A stretch of 45,461 bases of DNA, taken from positions 47,267 through 92,727 of the forward strand of contig NMRA01000057.1 in assembly GCA_002633005.1 (NCBI GenBank), read 5' to 3'. A model generated the notes under the pieces. The model ran no database searches, was not told the origin of the DNA, and saw nothing but the letters and a program-made list of their open reading frames with translations. Each line of letters begins with the position of its first letter. The first letter of the stretch is position 1. A program made the translations under genes and the position numbers. Origin of the DNA: Phoronis australis. Lineage: Eukaryota > Animalia > Phoronida. Below, in pieces: positions 23,333-34,641 of the stretch.

Positions 23333-25048
23333 GCAACATTCGGCCCAACTTGTCGTTAATTAGAAACGTGTTGTTGAAAGACAGTAATTTCGAAGAACCA
23401 CCAACTAGGTCAACAGCTGTATATGTATCAAAGTCGGCTGTAGGAACACTACATGTAGACACACTTACTTTGTTATACAAGGTCATAATATTTATTTGTC
23501 TATTGGAACATTGTAATGGTATGCTATTTTGATGAATGGTCAACTAGCTACATCTGAGTTGCGCGATACACGACGTTTTCTTTTCTTCTCAGTCTAAATT
23601 GCATTAACTAATTAAGTTTCCAAAAAATATGTAACAGTTACACAAGAATTGAAACGAATGAAAACGAGAGATTAGAAGCCTACAGCGCTGCAATGATTTG
23701 GTATTGTTTTCCTGATATTTTTTTTATTTGTGTGTTATTTTTTGTTTCCCTTCTCCTTAAAATGCTTTCACTGTCCATAATTTTATATGCCCACTGATAT
23801 ATGCATGTATATGTGGATGCATATTGCTATGGCCTTTTTCTTGGCATCCGAGCGACATCCGGACTTACACGCTTTCAGTTGTTTGCATCCCCATCTACCA
23901 CTTGAGGGGTAATTTCCTATAATGTAATCAATATATTTCTATCCAGTGACAAGTTTAGTACCCACGAAGCAACATAAGTTAGTTATTAGGAGAGTCTAGA
24001 CTGCTCCGATCTATTCTGGCTCAAGATTTGTCTCAACAATGATGTCGAGTAACTTTTGAAAGAATGTTGGCCCTTTGAGCAAGCGCACGTAACAAATTAG
24101 AGTACACGTATATTGTGTTATTAGTTTCAAAGCCATCGTTTTGGGCATTCTAACAGCGTGCACGCACAAAGGGGCCCCTCGAGCCTCCCTCCTCCCTCCA
24201 TTTGACAAAGTGGGCAAAAAGGTCCACCTCAGATAAAAAATACAGAAAGGTAGCAAAACGAGACAAAAGTCCACTAAAAAGGCAGAAACTACCAAAATTC
24301 GTTGATGCACAATTCATAGCTCTTAACGTGCCACCTGAATCGTATAGTAAAAGATCCACATTCCCAAAAATTCGAGCACCAGCATTTTCTTGGCTGGGTG
24401 CCCGCACGAATAGTTACAATTAAACTCTGTTGAATACATTAAAAGTGGGTTAAAATAAAGGTATTGGTAAAAACATTACACTTTCTTAAATGATCACACC
24501 TACTAGTACTTGGCCGGTAAAACTTTAAGGGGATGAGACAGTAGAGTCGTGCACAATGGTGCCTATTTGATGCCAATAAGTTTTGCTCTCTTTAACTGGC
24601 AAGTTCAACAAATTATTCACCTCCTTGTAATTTCATTGTTTGCGAAGCACGTTTTGACCACGCTCTGTGTTGCTCGTATTCAGGTGAATGCATGTATTTG
24701 AGATTAGTGCCCTTCAATTTCCAAATTACAAGTAAATCCCGTCTAAGTGCGTGTACATGCACATGTAGGTGCTCAAATAATGTCAGCTAACTTGTTCCAA
24801 CGTTTTTTTTTTGTTTTTTATTTCGTCACCGTACGATGATCGAGTAAATTCTTCATACACTTGCAGATTTTGTGGGGCACATGTGCGTGAAGAGAAGCGA
24901 CGACAAAGTGCCTCAAAAGCCGGGCTGCACATCACGTGCCATGATCTGGAGTTTTTGTTACAGGGGCGGCTTCTGCATAAATAAGGTTGAAGGATCTATT
25001 GAAGAATGCTTCTGCGATACTGACCTGTGCAACGTGATTAAGCAATAG
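19614..25048 (+). CDS. Secreted three-finger (Ly6/uPAR, quiver-like) Cys-rich protein, copy 2, intact; join(19614..19674,23077..23208,24867..25048), 124 aa
   Basis: Manual splice: MSNFFLVFVAVFPFVAYEGAV-SLQCFKYEKFRDNWVVAQKEEVTCPDANSMCVVSTYKNRDLSTN-FVGHMCVKRSDDKVPQKPGCTSRAMIWSFCYRGGFCINKVEGSIEECFCDTDLCNVIKQ*. Both introns are GT-AG and phase 1 (G|GTGAGC, tttcag|, A|GTAAAG, ttgcag|). TATA/Inr upstream, AATAAA downstream, and the exons are conserved in paralogues within the window. Confidence 0.88.
20230..20600 (-). mobile_element. Non-LTR retrotransposon 3' fragment (L2/CR1- or RTE-X-like) in intron 1 of copy 2
   Basis: Minus strand RRSIFFQFRLANLEIEIGSY...RLYRLCGLNSVEDEIHFVLL, the C-terminal LxIExGR...CxxC..EDExH motif. 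Confidence 0.65.
21633..22960 (+). mobile_element. Non-autonomous TIR element with ~300-bp internal tandem array (~3.7 units) in intron 1 of copy 2
   Basis: 19-bp perfect TIR TAGACCGGCAGCCCAGAGA; tttaaa(a)tcagttt-like motif recurs at ~21868, 22160, 22461, 22761; empty site in the copy 1 intron at ~2384. Confidence 0.85.
23077..23208 (+). CDS. Copy 2 exon 2 (loops I-II of three-finger domain)
   Basis: Polypyrimidine tract plus cag acceptor; SLQCF...TCPDANSMCV; donor GTAAAG; paralogous to 2477-3600. Confidence 0.88.
23242..23331. repeat. Compound trinucleotide microsatellite (ACT/ATT/GTT/ATC)
   Basis: Visible low-complexity run; absent from the copy 1 intron. Confidence 0.85.
24867..25048 (+). 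CDS. Copy 2 exon 3 (C-terminal half, ends CFCDTDLCNVIKQ*)
   Basis: ttgcag acceptor; open frame with 7 Cys to TAG at 25046-25048; paralogous to 6018-6183. Confidence 0.9.
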
Positions 25049-25068
25049 TCTGTGAATGGACTTGTGTG

Positions 25069-25078
25069 AATAAATAAA
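25069..25078 (+). terminator. Polyadenylation signal of copy 2
   Basis: Overlapping AATAAATAAA 20 nt after the stop codon. Confidence 0.65.
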
Positions 25079-25289
25079 TGCAGCTAAACATATGCATATT
25101 TGTTCATTTATTCATTATGTTTTGTCGCCATGCAACATGATTAAAATGAAGCCGTGAAACTAGGCTACTCCAAACCGTCACAATGACGATTGTAGATCTT
25201 CTATCTTTTTGAGTTTCAAGCACAAGATATGGTTTTTATTTTTCTTTATTTGCATTATATTTATCATTATAATTATCACTGAGTCGAAG

Positions 25290-25750
25290 CCGTCGAACTT
25301 GACAGACAATGAATGTCCCAACTCTGTAAGTCATTAGTTGGACTGCAGCGTCGCATGGGGATAAAAAGTCCGATTCTGGAGCTGCATGTTCTATTGCAGT
25401 TGTCACATTTGTGTACTTGAACCTGATCAGTAGGAGCACAGACTGCCCTCTGACGGCCGTATTCCTTAAGTAGTGCGCGTTTTTCCTTTCTTCTTTGTTC
25501 ACTGGTTTTAATGCACGACTTTTCAGTCGACCTCCACCTGCTGCGATCGGAGGCCACAGCTTCCCGTTCTGCGACGTTGATCAAGCTTGAAAACCTCTTT
25601 ATAACGAAGCATTGGCCTTCCTGCACTTACATGTATGGTTCCAGTGGCAAGCTCTCCACAAAGTACATGTGTATACCGTTTGGCATGCTCCCTCACGTGG
25701 CAGACTAACATTGCGCACATACTAGACAGTCCGGGATGAGTTAGAACTTT
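25290..25750 (-). mobile_element. RTE (BovB-like) LINE 3' fragment
   Basis: HV...LCGELATG...GRPMLRYKEV, ASDRSRWRS, and HKCDNCNRTCSSRIGLF..MRRC C-terminal zinc finger. Confidence 0.8.
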
Positions 25751-25874
25751 ATTATTAGAGACGTGATCCTGCCTTTTGAAGCCGATATAATAATCATTTT
25801 CATTGTAAGTATTACATATACAGACATCTTTGAACGCTAGTTTCGGACTCGGCAACTGCCGTTCGACTCCATCG

Positions 25875-28800
25875 GACAGAAACAACTCGAGAGCGGCCGT
25901 GAGTATACATGCCCCTGCGCGACACCTCCGTCCCAATTGCTCCATCTACGGAAAGGCGCCGGGTTCTGTGGCCGCAAATCCTCGGCATGTTTTTTTTTTC
26001 TTTGTCTTAATGAGTGGTGGCCTCAGTCGATCCGGCTTCGCGCTACTTTCTTGAAGCCAAACACAATTTTGAGGTATTTGTACGCGGCCTGCGTTTACCG
26101 TTTACGCCTACTAGGTCGAGTGCTCAATATTCGGAGGCGAGAGGATTCAAAGAAACTATGTCAACGGTGAATAATTTTCTGAAATTCGAGTAAAGCGAAG
26201 GGATGGCCTCGGTACTTAATGCGTATCCGTTCGTCACTGCGTAATCTGTGTGCTGCGGTCGCGTACTTCAAAAAGAGAACTTTTAAGAATCTGCGATGAC
26301 GAGCTGAAAGTTCCTCGCTTATCCTTCCCGTTAAAAGTACTTTTATATTAGAGGTAAGTGGCCAAGATCTCAACCTTTTATTCCAGTCTTTAGTGCAGTG
26401 CCATTGATACATGTAAATCCACTTTTCGTCCATGTTTTGTAAAAAGTGAACAGAGGTCCATGCAGTCACGTCGGCGTCTCTGGCGTAGGCTTATACAGTA
26501 ACTACTAACTCCACGGAGTCAACTGTTCAGAAGTTTCAATCATTCATTTCGGCGTTAAGTCCTGATGTGGAATCAGTCCTGCTGCGGAATGTTATGGTAA
26601 TAAACAGTAGACAATCAACACATTTTTACATTCTGGGTTCAAATTGAACTGTAAACAAAGGCAGTTTCAAGTGTTCGGGGTTTCCTCCATCAGATGAGGT
26701 GTTAATATATATATGAGTCAACCTTTTGCCACATTGGACTGGTACACAATGACATAATCCCGCTGGGCACTTTCTTTTAATGGTTATTAAGTTATCATAT
26801 AAAATTGATCACACCTAGAATAGCATTTATGGTTGACAATTTCCTGTTATTGTGTATGTCATTCCAAATAATAGTCAGTGAAAATCCAAACTTGTCAGAA
26901 AGACCTAACTGGACTCGACCTGGCAGACATTCTTTAATGGGCAATCAAGCCCGTATGTTGCACGTTACTCAAACCTGATGAAAGCACCGGCAAACCTGCC
27001 CTAAGTTCAGTAACGCTGGGACTTCGTTGGAAAGCATGACTTCTCAAGATTACGCTGCCATTTATTTTGAACGAGAACGCGTGATTTTGGTTAGATATTT
27101 GAGAGGTTCTGGCTTTACTGAACTCTACTCTGATGAAGCAACATGTTGAAACTGGTCGTGGAGAACCTTGGTGAATCAAAATGGCTCCCAAGTATATTTG
27201 ATCGCTGTTTTTCTTTTCTCTTTTACATATACCGGTCACTACTAAAAAACACAACCCAAGATTGAACATGCCTTTTTGTATATTACAATTTAAAAATCTT
27301 CATGAATGGAAAAGAGGGAGCAAACAATTTTACTAGGCGAAGGTCTTTGATTTTTACTGCCTACGAACACTATTCCTCCATGAATCCAATCGAACATCAT
27401 TTGAATATGTGCGCTCAATACAGGGTCAGGCACTGGATACGTTGAAAGAGGTGTGTGGTTAGACTCCATTTGCTGGAAAGCAACACAGTGTGAAGCAGAA
27501 GCTGCTGTATTCTACATTCCAATGGAACTGCACTTTTCTTTGCCACATTATGTTCGCACAACAATCCGACCTCTTGATCTACTGTGATGGAACAGCACCA
27601 AGCTAATTTGATTGAGGGCGTTGTTCACTATACTGTAACTAAACACGTGAAACATAAATTCACAAATAGATCGGTACGTGTGAATTTCAGGTATGGCTAT
27701 AAAGACACATTGCGTACAGTACAGCCACTGAATTTTTAGACTTCGTCCGGGTTCCCTCACGCCTGGCCAGACCGAAGCGCAACCGGAACGCAGACATGAC
27801 AGAAATCAGTCATGGTCGCCTCACGCCTACTCTCCGGGTAGTCCTCACGCTTACCTCCGGTTTAGTTCACGCTTTCCTCAGGCTTTCTTCACGCCTTCGG
27901 TACCTGTGGTAACTATGGTAGGGCACCGGGATAATCAATAAAAATACATGTAACGTCTTGATTGCCTGTCGTTTCGGACAAGTTGCAAAGACATTATAGT
28001 GTATTATAGAGTATCTTTGCAAGCAGTCATCTATCAAATTTGGGTTCCGACTAACATTGTAATTCCACTTGTTTTCATACAAACGTCTTCCTTCAGCTCA
28101 TCTTGTGTTACGGCTACATGAACATTTTCTATTTACGACTTAAGAGCCAGTCCCATCAACGACATACATGTACAGTAACCACGGTTAGTAAATACGAATA
28201 TACGCGACCCTGTGTCCAGAGTCGTCTTTACATGGCTGTGGACTCCTTGAAACTTGTCACAGCTGGATATGGTTAATTTGCCCTAAAAATAGCCTACGCA
28301 TCTTGTGAAGTATTGTGTCACTCCGTAAATTTTTGCACCGCACTGGCGTACAAAAATTTCAATAGGCCGCCATTATGACATACCCATCCCTTACTGCAAG
28401 GAAATGTTATGACAAAAATGTCCTCAATCCGTAGTGCAGTTTAATTATTTGTAGCCCCCTCCCCGTAGTACATGCGTTTCGACTGAGTTCACAGTATCCC
28501 CGGGGTAATTCTTCACCAAAATAATAATAGCAGTCAAATGCATGGGCACGATCAGTTTTCTCCGCATGAAGCCGGAACTTGGGATCAATGTGCTCAGAAT
28601 TGACATGATATGCTCCTTCATATCGTGAAGGCAATAAAAACAAATAATTATATATAAGAGAAAAGTCCACAGGTCTGTTTTCTGAAGTGACTTAAGATTA
28701 GAGAAGGTAATTTTGGTCTTTTGCAGAACGTGACGATTTTTAAAAAAATAAACCTCACATGAGCAAAAGTCTATGAGAATAGACACAGACATCACGGCTA

Positions 28801-29130
28801 GTTACTGATATAATTTTAATAAATTACCTTTTCATCTGCGATGCAGGTAAACTCACGCCTGGCTCAGGACTGGCTCGCGCTTCGTTTACGCCTAACTCAC
28901 GGTAGGCTCCGGGTACAGTCACGCTTAGGCTCACTCCAGCTGTCACGGTTAATTCACGTCTCACTCTCCGGTCTGTCTCCGGTTACGGTCACGGGTGGCT
29001 AGACCGGAGAGAGTCTAAGAATTCAGTGGCTGTACTGTATATGTACTTCGTGGTATTACCATCATCACATTTGAATGCGATGAAATAACAGCACAGCTTT
29101 TAGGTGATTTTTCCTTAACTCGAGCACGTA
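25875..29130 (+). repeat. Second copy of the duplicated segment (carries the Tc1/mariner insertion)
   Basis: Collinear with 12620-14665. Confidence 0.85.
27717..29037. mobile_element. Non-autonomous Tc1/mariner-type element
   Basis: TIR CAGTACAGCCACTGAATT(T/C)TTAGACT at both ends; TA on both flanks; subterminal TCACGC repeats; empty site at ~14495. Confidence 0.85.
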
Positions 29131-29187
29131 TCACCAAGGCAACTTCCCATATGTTGCATAAACCAGGTTGAAGCTGATTCCTTTACA

Positions 29188-32100
29188 CTAGCTGGTAACC
29201 GTGCGTAGCACAAGTTCCAGCTATTTTAGAGTATTTACACAAGTCTCATCATAAATGTACATACTAAGGGCTGTAAGGCCAGGACCTGCAGGCAATTGTT
29301 TTTAGCAATAAAAAACATGGTACAATATCACACACCATTGTAGAAAACGTAGTTCTAAGGATAGACTTTGTGAAAAATTGTGAAGTTTATAATAAATTCT
29401 TTGTACACAACGTTTTTGGTTACGATTTTACCGTTTGCCTTTCCGTGCCCCACGTGGTCACCAACATGTACTGTGACATTCTTTAGGGACTCTGCTCTTG
29501 AGAAGGCTACGTACAAGTGACCATGAGCAAATACTGGAGCTGGAAGGAAGATGTCTCAGATTGTGAAGGTTCTTCCTTTAGACTTATTGATGGTGATGGA
29601 GTATGCACGGCGGATAGGAAACTGGATACATTTCAGAGTGAAAAGCAAAGTACTGTCTGATGGCGCCAGCTTTACACTTGGTATTAAAACTCATTGTTCA
29701 CTAATTACTTGGGCGTCTATGGTATTTTGTGGAGTTAGCAGTGCGACAGGCTAGTTCCGTTAAACAGGCCTTCCCGAATGTTGGTGTTTCTCAATAACAT
29801 GATAATAGCACCAGGCTTGAGCTGTAAACTACGTGGCGGCATGCCAGAAAGAGTGAATGAATCTAAAAATTCCATTGGATAATTGTGTGCCTCTTCTTCA
29901 TCATTGCAGATTGCTCTTTCTGAGTTCAGGTAAACAGTTGGCTGTACAGGTATTTTTTCCAGTAGTTCATTGTTTACCCAGTGTAGAGAAGTGTCATTTG
30001 TAGAGGCCAAAATGGTGCTTTTTGCATCTTCAAGATTCTTGAAGGTCTCAATACGACCATCTCGTACAGCTTTGCACTGATCGGGAAGGTCAACTATGTT
30101 CGGTGGCATTTCAGGGCATGACTTGCAAAGGTCGCCATTGCCCACTTTACATGCATGTGCACCATACTCTTGCTGATCTTTTTCGGCTCGCATGTTCTTT
30201 ATCAAGTGCGTGGCGTTGACATGCTGCCACAAGTGAAAGCTTTTCTGGTAGTTTTTCACGAAGACCGTTCTTGAAGATTCGGCATCAAAAAACTATACCA
30301 CAAAAGATGGCGTTTTCTGTGGTGATGTCCTGTATCATTTTGTCGATGGCTTTCAGTGCAATGGTTGGCACCTTTGACGCTTCATCTGTTATGAAAAGCT
30401 GCACTGACCTTAGGTACTCTGCATGTTGGGACGTTGGTGACACATTGCAGGAACTGGTGTCAAGGATAGGCACAGACAACTTAAATAGGTTGTGTACTGT
30501 TCTGCCTCCTTTCTAAAATGTTGCAGCTATTTCAATCCACGCACATGCGCAATGCAAAATGAGGGTATTGTAGACCGTTGTTTAGCCTCTGCCGCCTGGA
30601 CTATCGAGGAAGTACACATTTTCCAACCTGGATTCGGAGACTGCAGATCGTTGACAATGTTGTCAACTAACAGACGCTGCTCGATATTCAGCATTGTCAT
30701 TTGTGTTGTTGCGTGGTGCAGTTCAGCAGCTGTGTCAAATAAGTCATTAACATTCAAAATGTACAAATGTAGTTAGGAAGTCCCAGCTGGGAAGCACTCA
30801 TGCCGTTTTCTTGCGCAATGGATGTAATGTGCTGCAGTACCCATTTTCGGGAATCTTGCTCACTGACGTTTTGGGTGCTTTACGAAGTCTTCAGACATAA
30901 GAAGCTTGTACTTCTCCCAAAGTGTCAGTGGATCAGTTGGCTCACAATAAATACTTATTGTTGCGCTCAAAATCGAGCTGGCATTTGTAACTCACTGGCT
31001 TCTGTCAGTATTGTCGCGTTCTGTCTGGTTTGTCAAAGGTGTTTCATTAAGCAAGCTTCTTTTAATGAAGCAGCAGTGATATTTCCAACTCTTCTAAGGT
31101 CTTCAAATGAAGTTTGCCCAAGTACGTGGGGCAGCAGTAATCTTAAGCAAAACAGTTTGATATCACGTGGACTTGCTGAGTACACTCTGCCAACTGTGGC
31201 AGCGAAGATCTTCTTCCTTGGTGCCCATTTAAAGTTTTGTTAGTGAAACACAAATTGCTGGGGAAACTCTGCATAAGTTAGATCTGTTGGTGTTTTTCGG
31301 TTCGTCTCGAAGAACTTTGTCAAAGTGGTATTCCTGTGCTCGAGCAGCTGCTTCTTCATGTCTGACTTTTTTAAAATCCACCGGCCCACCTTCAGAAAGA
31401 TGTAAAGCCAATCTAACGATGGTGTTAGACTGATCATACATTTTACACTCACAGTGGCACCAATATGCCTCCAGGGCACTAACGTATATGGTGTCAATAG
31501 AGGTGGACACTTCGTCTGGGGTGAGGGTGTTGATTTTCTCGAGTCCAACGCTTGTGCAATAAAGGCCTATGTAGACGTATTTAAGTAGATACTTCAAGCT
31601 TTTGACTGTTGTGCATACTTCAGAGTTGATGTGAGCGTTGAACTTCCTGCTCAGATAGGGAATATAAGGGACAATCCATCTGTTATCTACTTAGTGACGT
31701 TCCACCTTCATCGTTCGTCCATTGTCAGGCCGCCCATATTGAGGATAGTTACTCGTTTACAGCCAATGTGGTCATGCTGGTGAAAGCTTTTGGGTATTCC
31801 TTTTAACACCTCCCGTCAACCATGCAAGGTGCATACATGTTCATGTTCCCACACGGTTCTTGCACCATGGTTGACTGGATGACTTCATGTAGGAGAGGAA
31901 CAACTGCAGGGCCAACAATCTCAAAGAAATTAGCGAGTCAATGTCTCTTAATTCTAGAATACGTCTATGTTCATCTAATATGAGCGAAAGATGGCAGTGC
32001 GGCAGACCTCGCTTCTGAAACTCAATGACATGTACATGTACATACGCAACTTTTATGGCGAGAACATTTCTCTTTGTTACGACAAGCATCAGTCCTTTTA

Positions 32101-33262
32101 GATGTAAATGAAACAGTTTGGAGACAACGTCGGGACGATCATGTGACTTCCGTCCTGGTAGTAGACTATTCAGTACGTCCGGATTCCTTGGGTTGCACGT
32201 TAACATCAAGAATAGGTCTGGTCTTCCTTAACGGCTCACTATTGCCATTGAGTCATAGTAGCTTTTTTGCATGGCTCGAAGAGACTCTTGAAACGATGAT
32301 GGAAGGATCACAATTTTTCAGGTTACGAATCTCGTCTTTCAGCAATTAAGTCGATATGATCCGTCAGTTCACTGTATTTCTCTGCTCTTAATTGGCCTTG
32401 GTTTTGCGAATGTAGTCTAGTCGCCTGGTTTCAACTAGTACATATGAATGTACAATAAACTGTTGGAACAGCTTGCCACCATAAAACGAAGCACTGTTGT
32501 TTCGGCAAATGGATAATCTATAAGCATAGTACTGGAGGCAAGTGGCATTTCTTGAGCACTTTTGGGATCTGTGACGCAAGTGCATTTCCCAATCCATTTC
32601 ACCGTGTGGGAAGAACACAGGATATACCGTAGGGTCAATGTTGCACGACAGATAATGAATCTTTTTCGGGTACTGATGTCTTGGATGGACGACAATATCT
32701 GCTGGTCGTGGGGCTCCATTAGTAGATGTAAACATCAAATCTACCTCTTCCGTTGTCGGTCCATTGTACCGCTTCTTCTTAAGATGTGCATAGCAACTGT
32801 GCTAACACTACCCATTTGCAGCCCACGCCTGATCTCTTCTTCCTCAACTGTACCCATCTGCTTGTAGGCTGAAGCTTAAGATTGATGCGATCTAGCTATT
32901 TGCTGAGGGATGTGAGTGGGCCTTCTCGGCAATTTTGATATTCCTCCTGCCGAAGCCGTACATCTGTGACTTTGGAACCTTCCATGATATACAACTGGCT
33001 GTACGATGGACTAACGTCATCTGGAACATGCAATGGTCCGGATCTGTGATATAACTGTCCGTGAATTCTAAATGAGTAAGGTCCTCGGCCACTTGGAGAA
33101 ACTGCACTTGCACCAAAGAAAGCAAATGTCAGTAAAGCATTGTAATTGCGGATGAGTTCCCGGAAATTATTGGCTTGAGATGTGCTGGCTGTAAGGAGAT
33201 AATGGATCTCTGGAGGATACGGCTTAAATGGTGGAATCAAAACTTTAACGCCATGGCACACT
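29188..33262 (-). mobile_element. Helitron, 5'-truncated, with decayed Rep/PIF1-helicase pseudogene
   Basis: GPYSFRIHGQLYH, GGKLFQQFIV, TCNP..DRPDVV, HUH motif VIEFQKRGLPHCH, KYLLKYV, ITDEAS, LSGMPP..LQLKPGAIIMLLRN, TINKS, FAHGHLYVAFSR, TKNVVYKE; 3' end hairpin GTGCTACGCAC then CTAG|T at 29188; many stops and frameshifts. Confidence 0.93.
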
Positions 33263-33264
33263 AG

Positions 33265-33420
33265 TGATCAACTTCCTAAAGAGGGCGTATTCGGTGTCAT
33301 CCAATTTCCTATTGTTTATTCAAAAGATAGATCGCATAACACACACATTGGTGAATAATGGGTACACCAATGCTTTGGTAGACCTCAATATTAAGCGATT
33401 CATGTACAGAGATAATTGTC
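33265..33420 (+). mobile_element. Penelope-like RT fragment homologous to 7484-7630
   Basis: ttcctaaagagggcgtattcggtg and tggtgaataatgggtacac shared with 7493-7580. Confidence 0.7.
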
Positions 33421-33659
33421 CCTGCACGTCGGACCGGTGTTAACAAAAATGTATTTTACAAAAATGTCATAAGAAAATCATTAGGGATAATGTTAAAGTT
33501 TGTAAGTCCGATGATTACCTCGATGTTATTATTCATTATCGGAATAGGAAGTCCTCCAACTTCGTCTTGAAAGATAACATTTCTAAACCGGAAGTCCGCC
33601 CTGTTGCCCAGTGTAGTAATGTTAATGAGTTTGTATGCCATGTGAACGAATGTCTTCAT

Positions 33660-34110
33660 TCAAGTGTCAATATTACATTGGTCAAGCGGTTTGCAGTCTT
33701 TTCCTTCCGTTATTTATTCATCTTTAATATGGAGCCATCCAAGATCATTTTCTGCAATGCCAGGAACGTAAAATTACCCGTCAAGAAATTCGGTACGTAG
33801 AACATGATGAGCTGCGATTGAAAACATTAGAGTCCTTTTTGATTGCATTTGAGAAACCCGTTTTGAATGAGCAGCAAACAGGGTAGCGCCGCTCGTTACA
33901 CGCGTTTTCATGACTTTCCTGTTAACCCCTTTCATTTGTCTTTCTTTGCAATATTTCACACCTGCCGTGTCCCACTGTCACTGTGTATGTCTCCAGCTTA
34001 TGCTCTGTGGTGGTATTATTGCGTCATTTTATTTCCACTTGAGAATGGAACAAGTACGTTCTGAAATACCGTGTACATTTTAATAATGTCTCTTGGTCAG
34101 TTACTTCATC
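33660..34110. repeat. Segment homologous to ~8126-8590
   Basis: Shared cggtttgcagtctttt, aattcggtacgtaga, agtcctttttgattgcatttgagaa, gttttgaatgagcagcaaacag, tcttggtcagtt. Confidence 0.8.
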
Positions 34111-34641
34111 AATGTTCCGTTTAGTGTTCAGTGTCACTTCGAACATACAATGTGTCTGCAAATACAGGAACGATTTTCTTCTCTGCCTCCTCCAGGGGTT
34201 TGGGGCGAGAGTCCCCTCCCGTTTTCTTAACTTCTCTTTGAAGTTGGTTCTGTGAGGCTCTCGTCCCAGACACCGTGTGCCTCCACTTTTCTTTTTTGTT
34301 ATTTGTTCAGCCATATGTTCCCAAACGGAGTTCTTTTCCACCTTCGTCACCTTCTGACTTAGCTTGCTGTTAATAACTTGTAAGTTTGACTCGGTAAGTT
34401 CACTCAGAAGGTTGATATCATTCTTTTTCCAATTACAAGACCTTTTCTTTGCTTCAGCAATTTTGTTTGTACCATGGTAACAGGAATTATATTATGGGTA
34501 TTGCCTTATATGGGTATCCCATTTGGCTATCCACCGTATAACATTGATATCCGCCGGATAGTTATCCGAACCTTATCCAATTTTTGTGCAACCCAAATTT
34601 ATACGCCGGATAACTATCTGGCGTATATATCTTATCCGGCG

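Noticed and set aside
23129-23543. Poly-L/poly-N/poly-I ORFs resembling signal or TM segments, including the hydrophobic read-through tail of ORF 22896-23363
   Set aside because: They arise from an intronic trinucleotide microsatellite absent in copy 1; the true exon ends at the donor at 23209.
26934-27269. Minus-strand ORF with signal-like start MFNLGLCFLVV
   Set aside because: Start and frame are not conserved in the duplicate at ~14030; no recognisable domain.
33955-33985. WDTAG (small GTPase G3-like) motif on the minus strand
   Set aside because: No other G-box motifs, and not preserved in the homologous block at ~8450.
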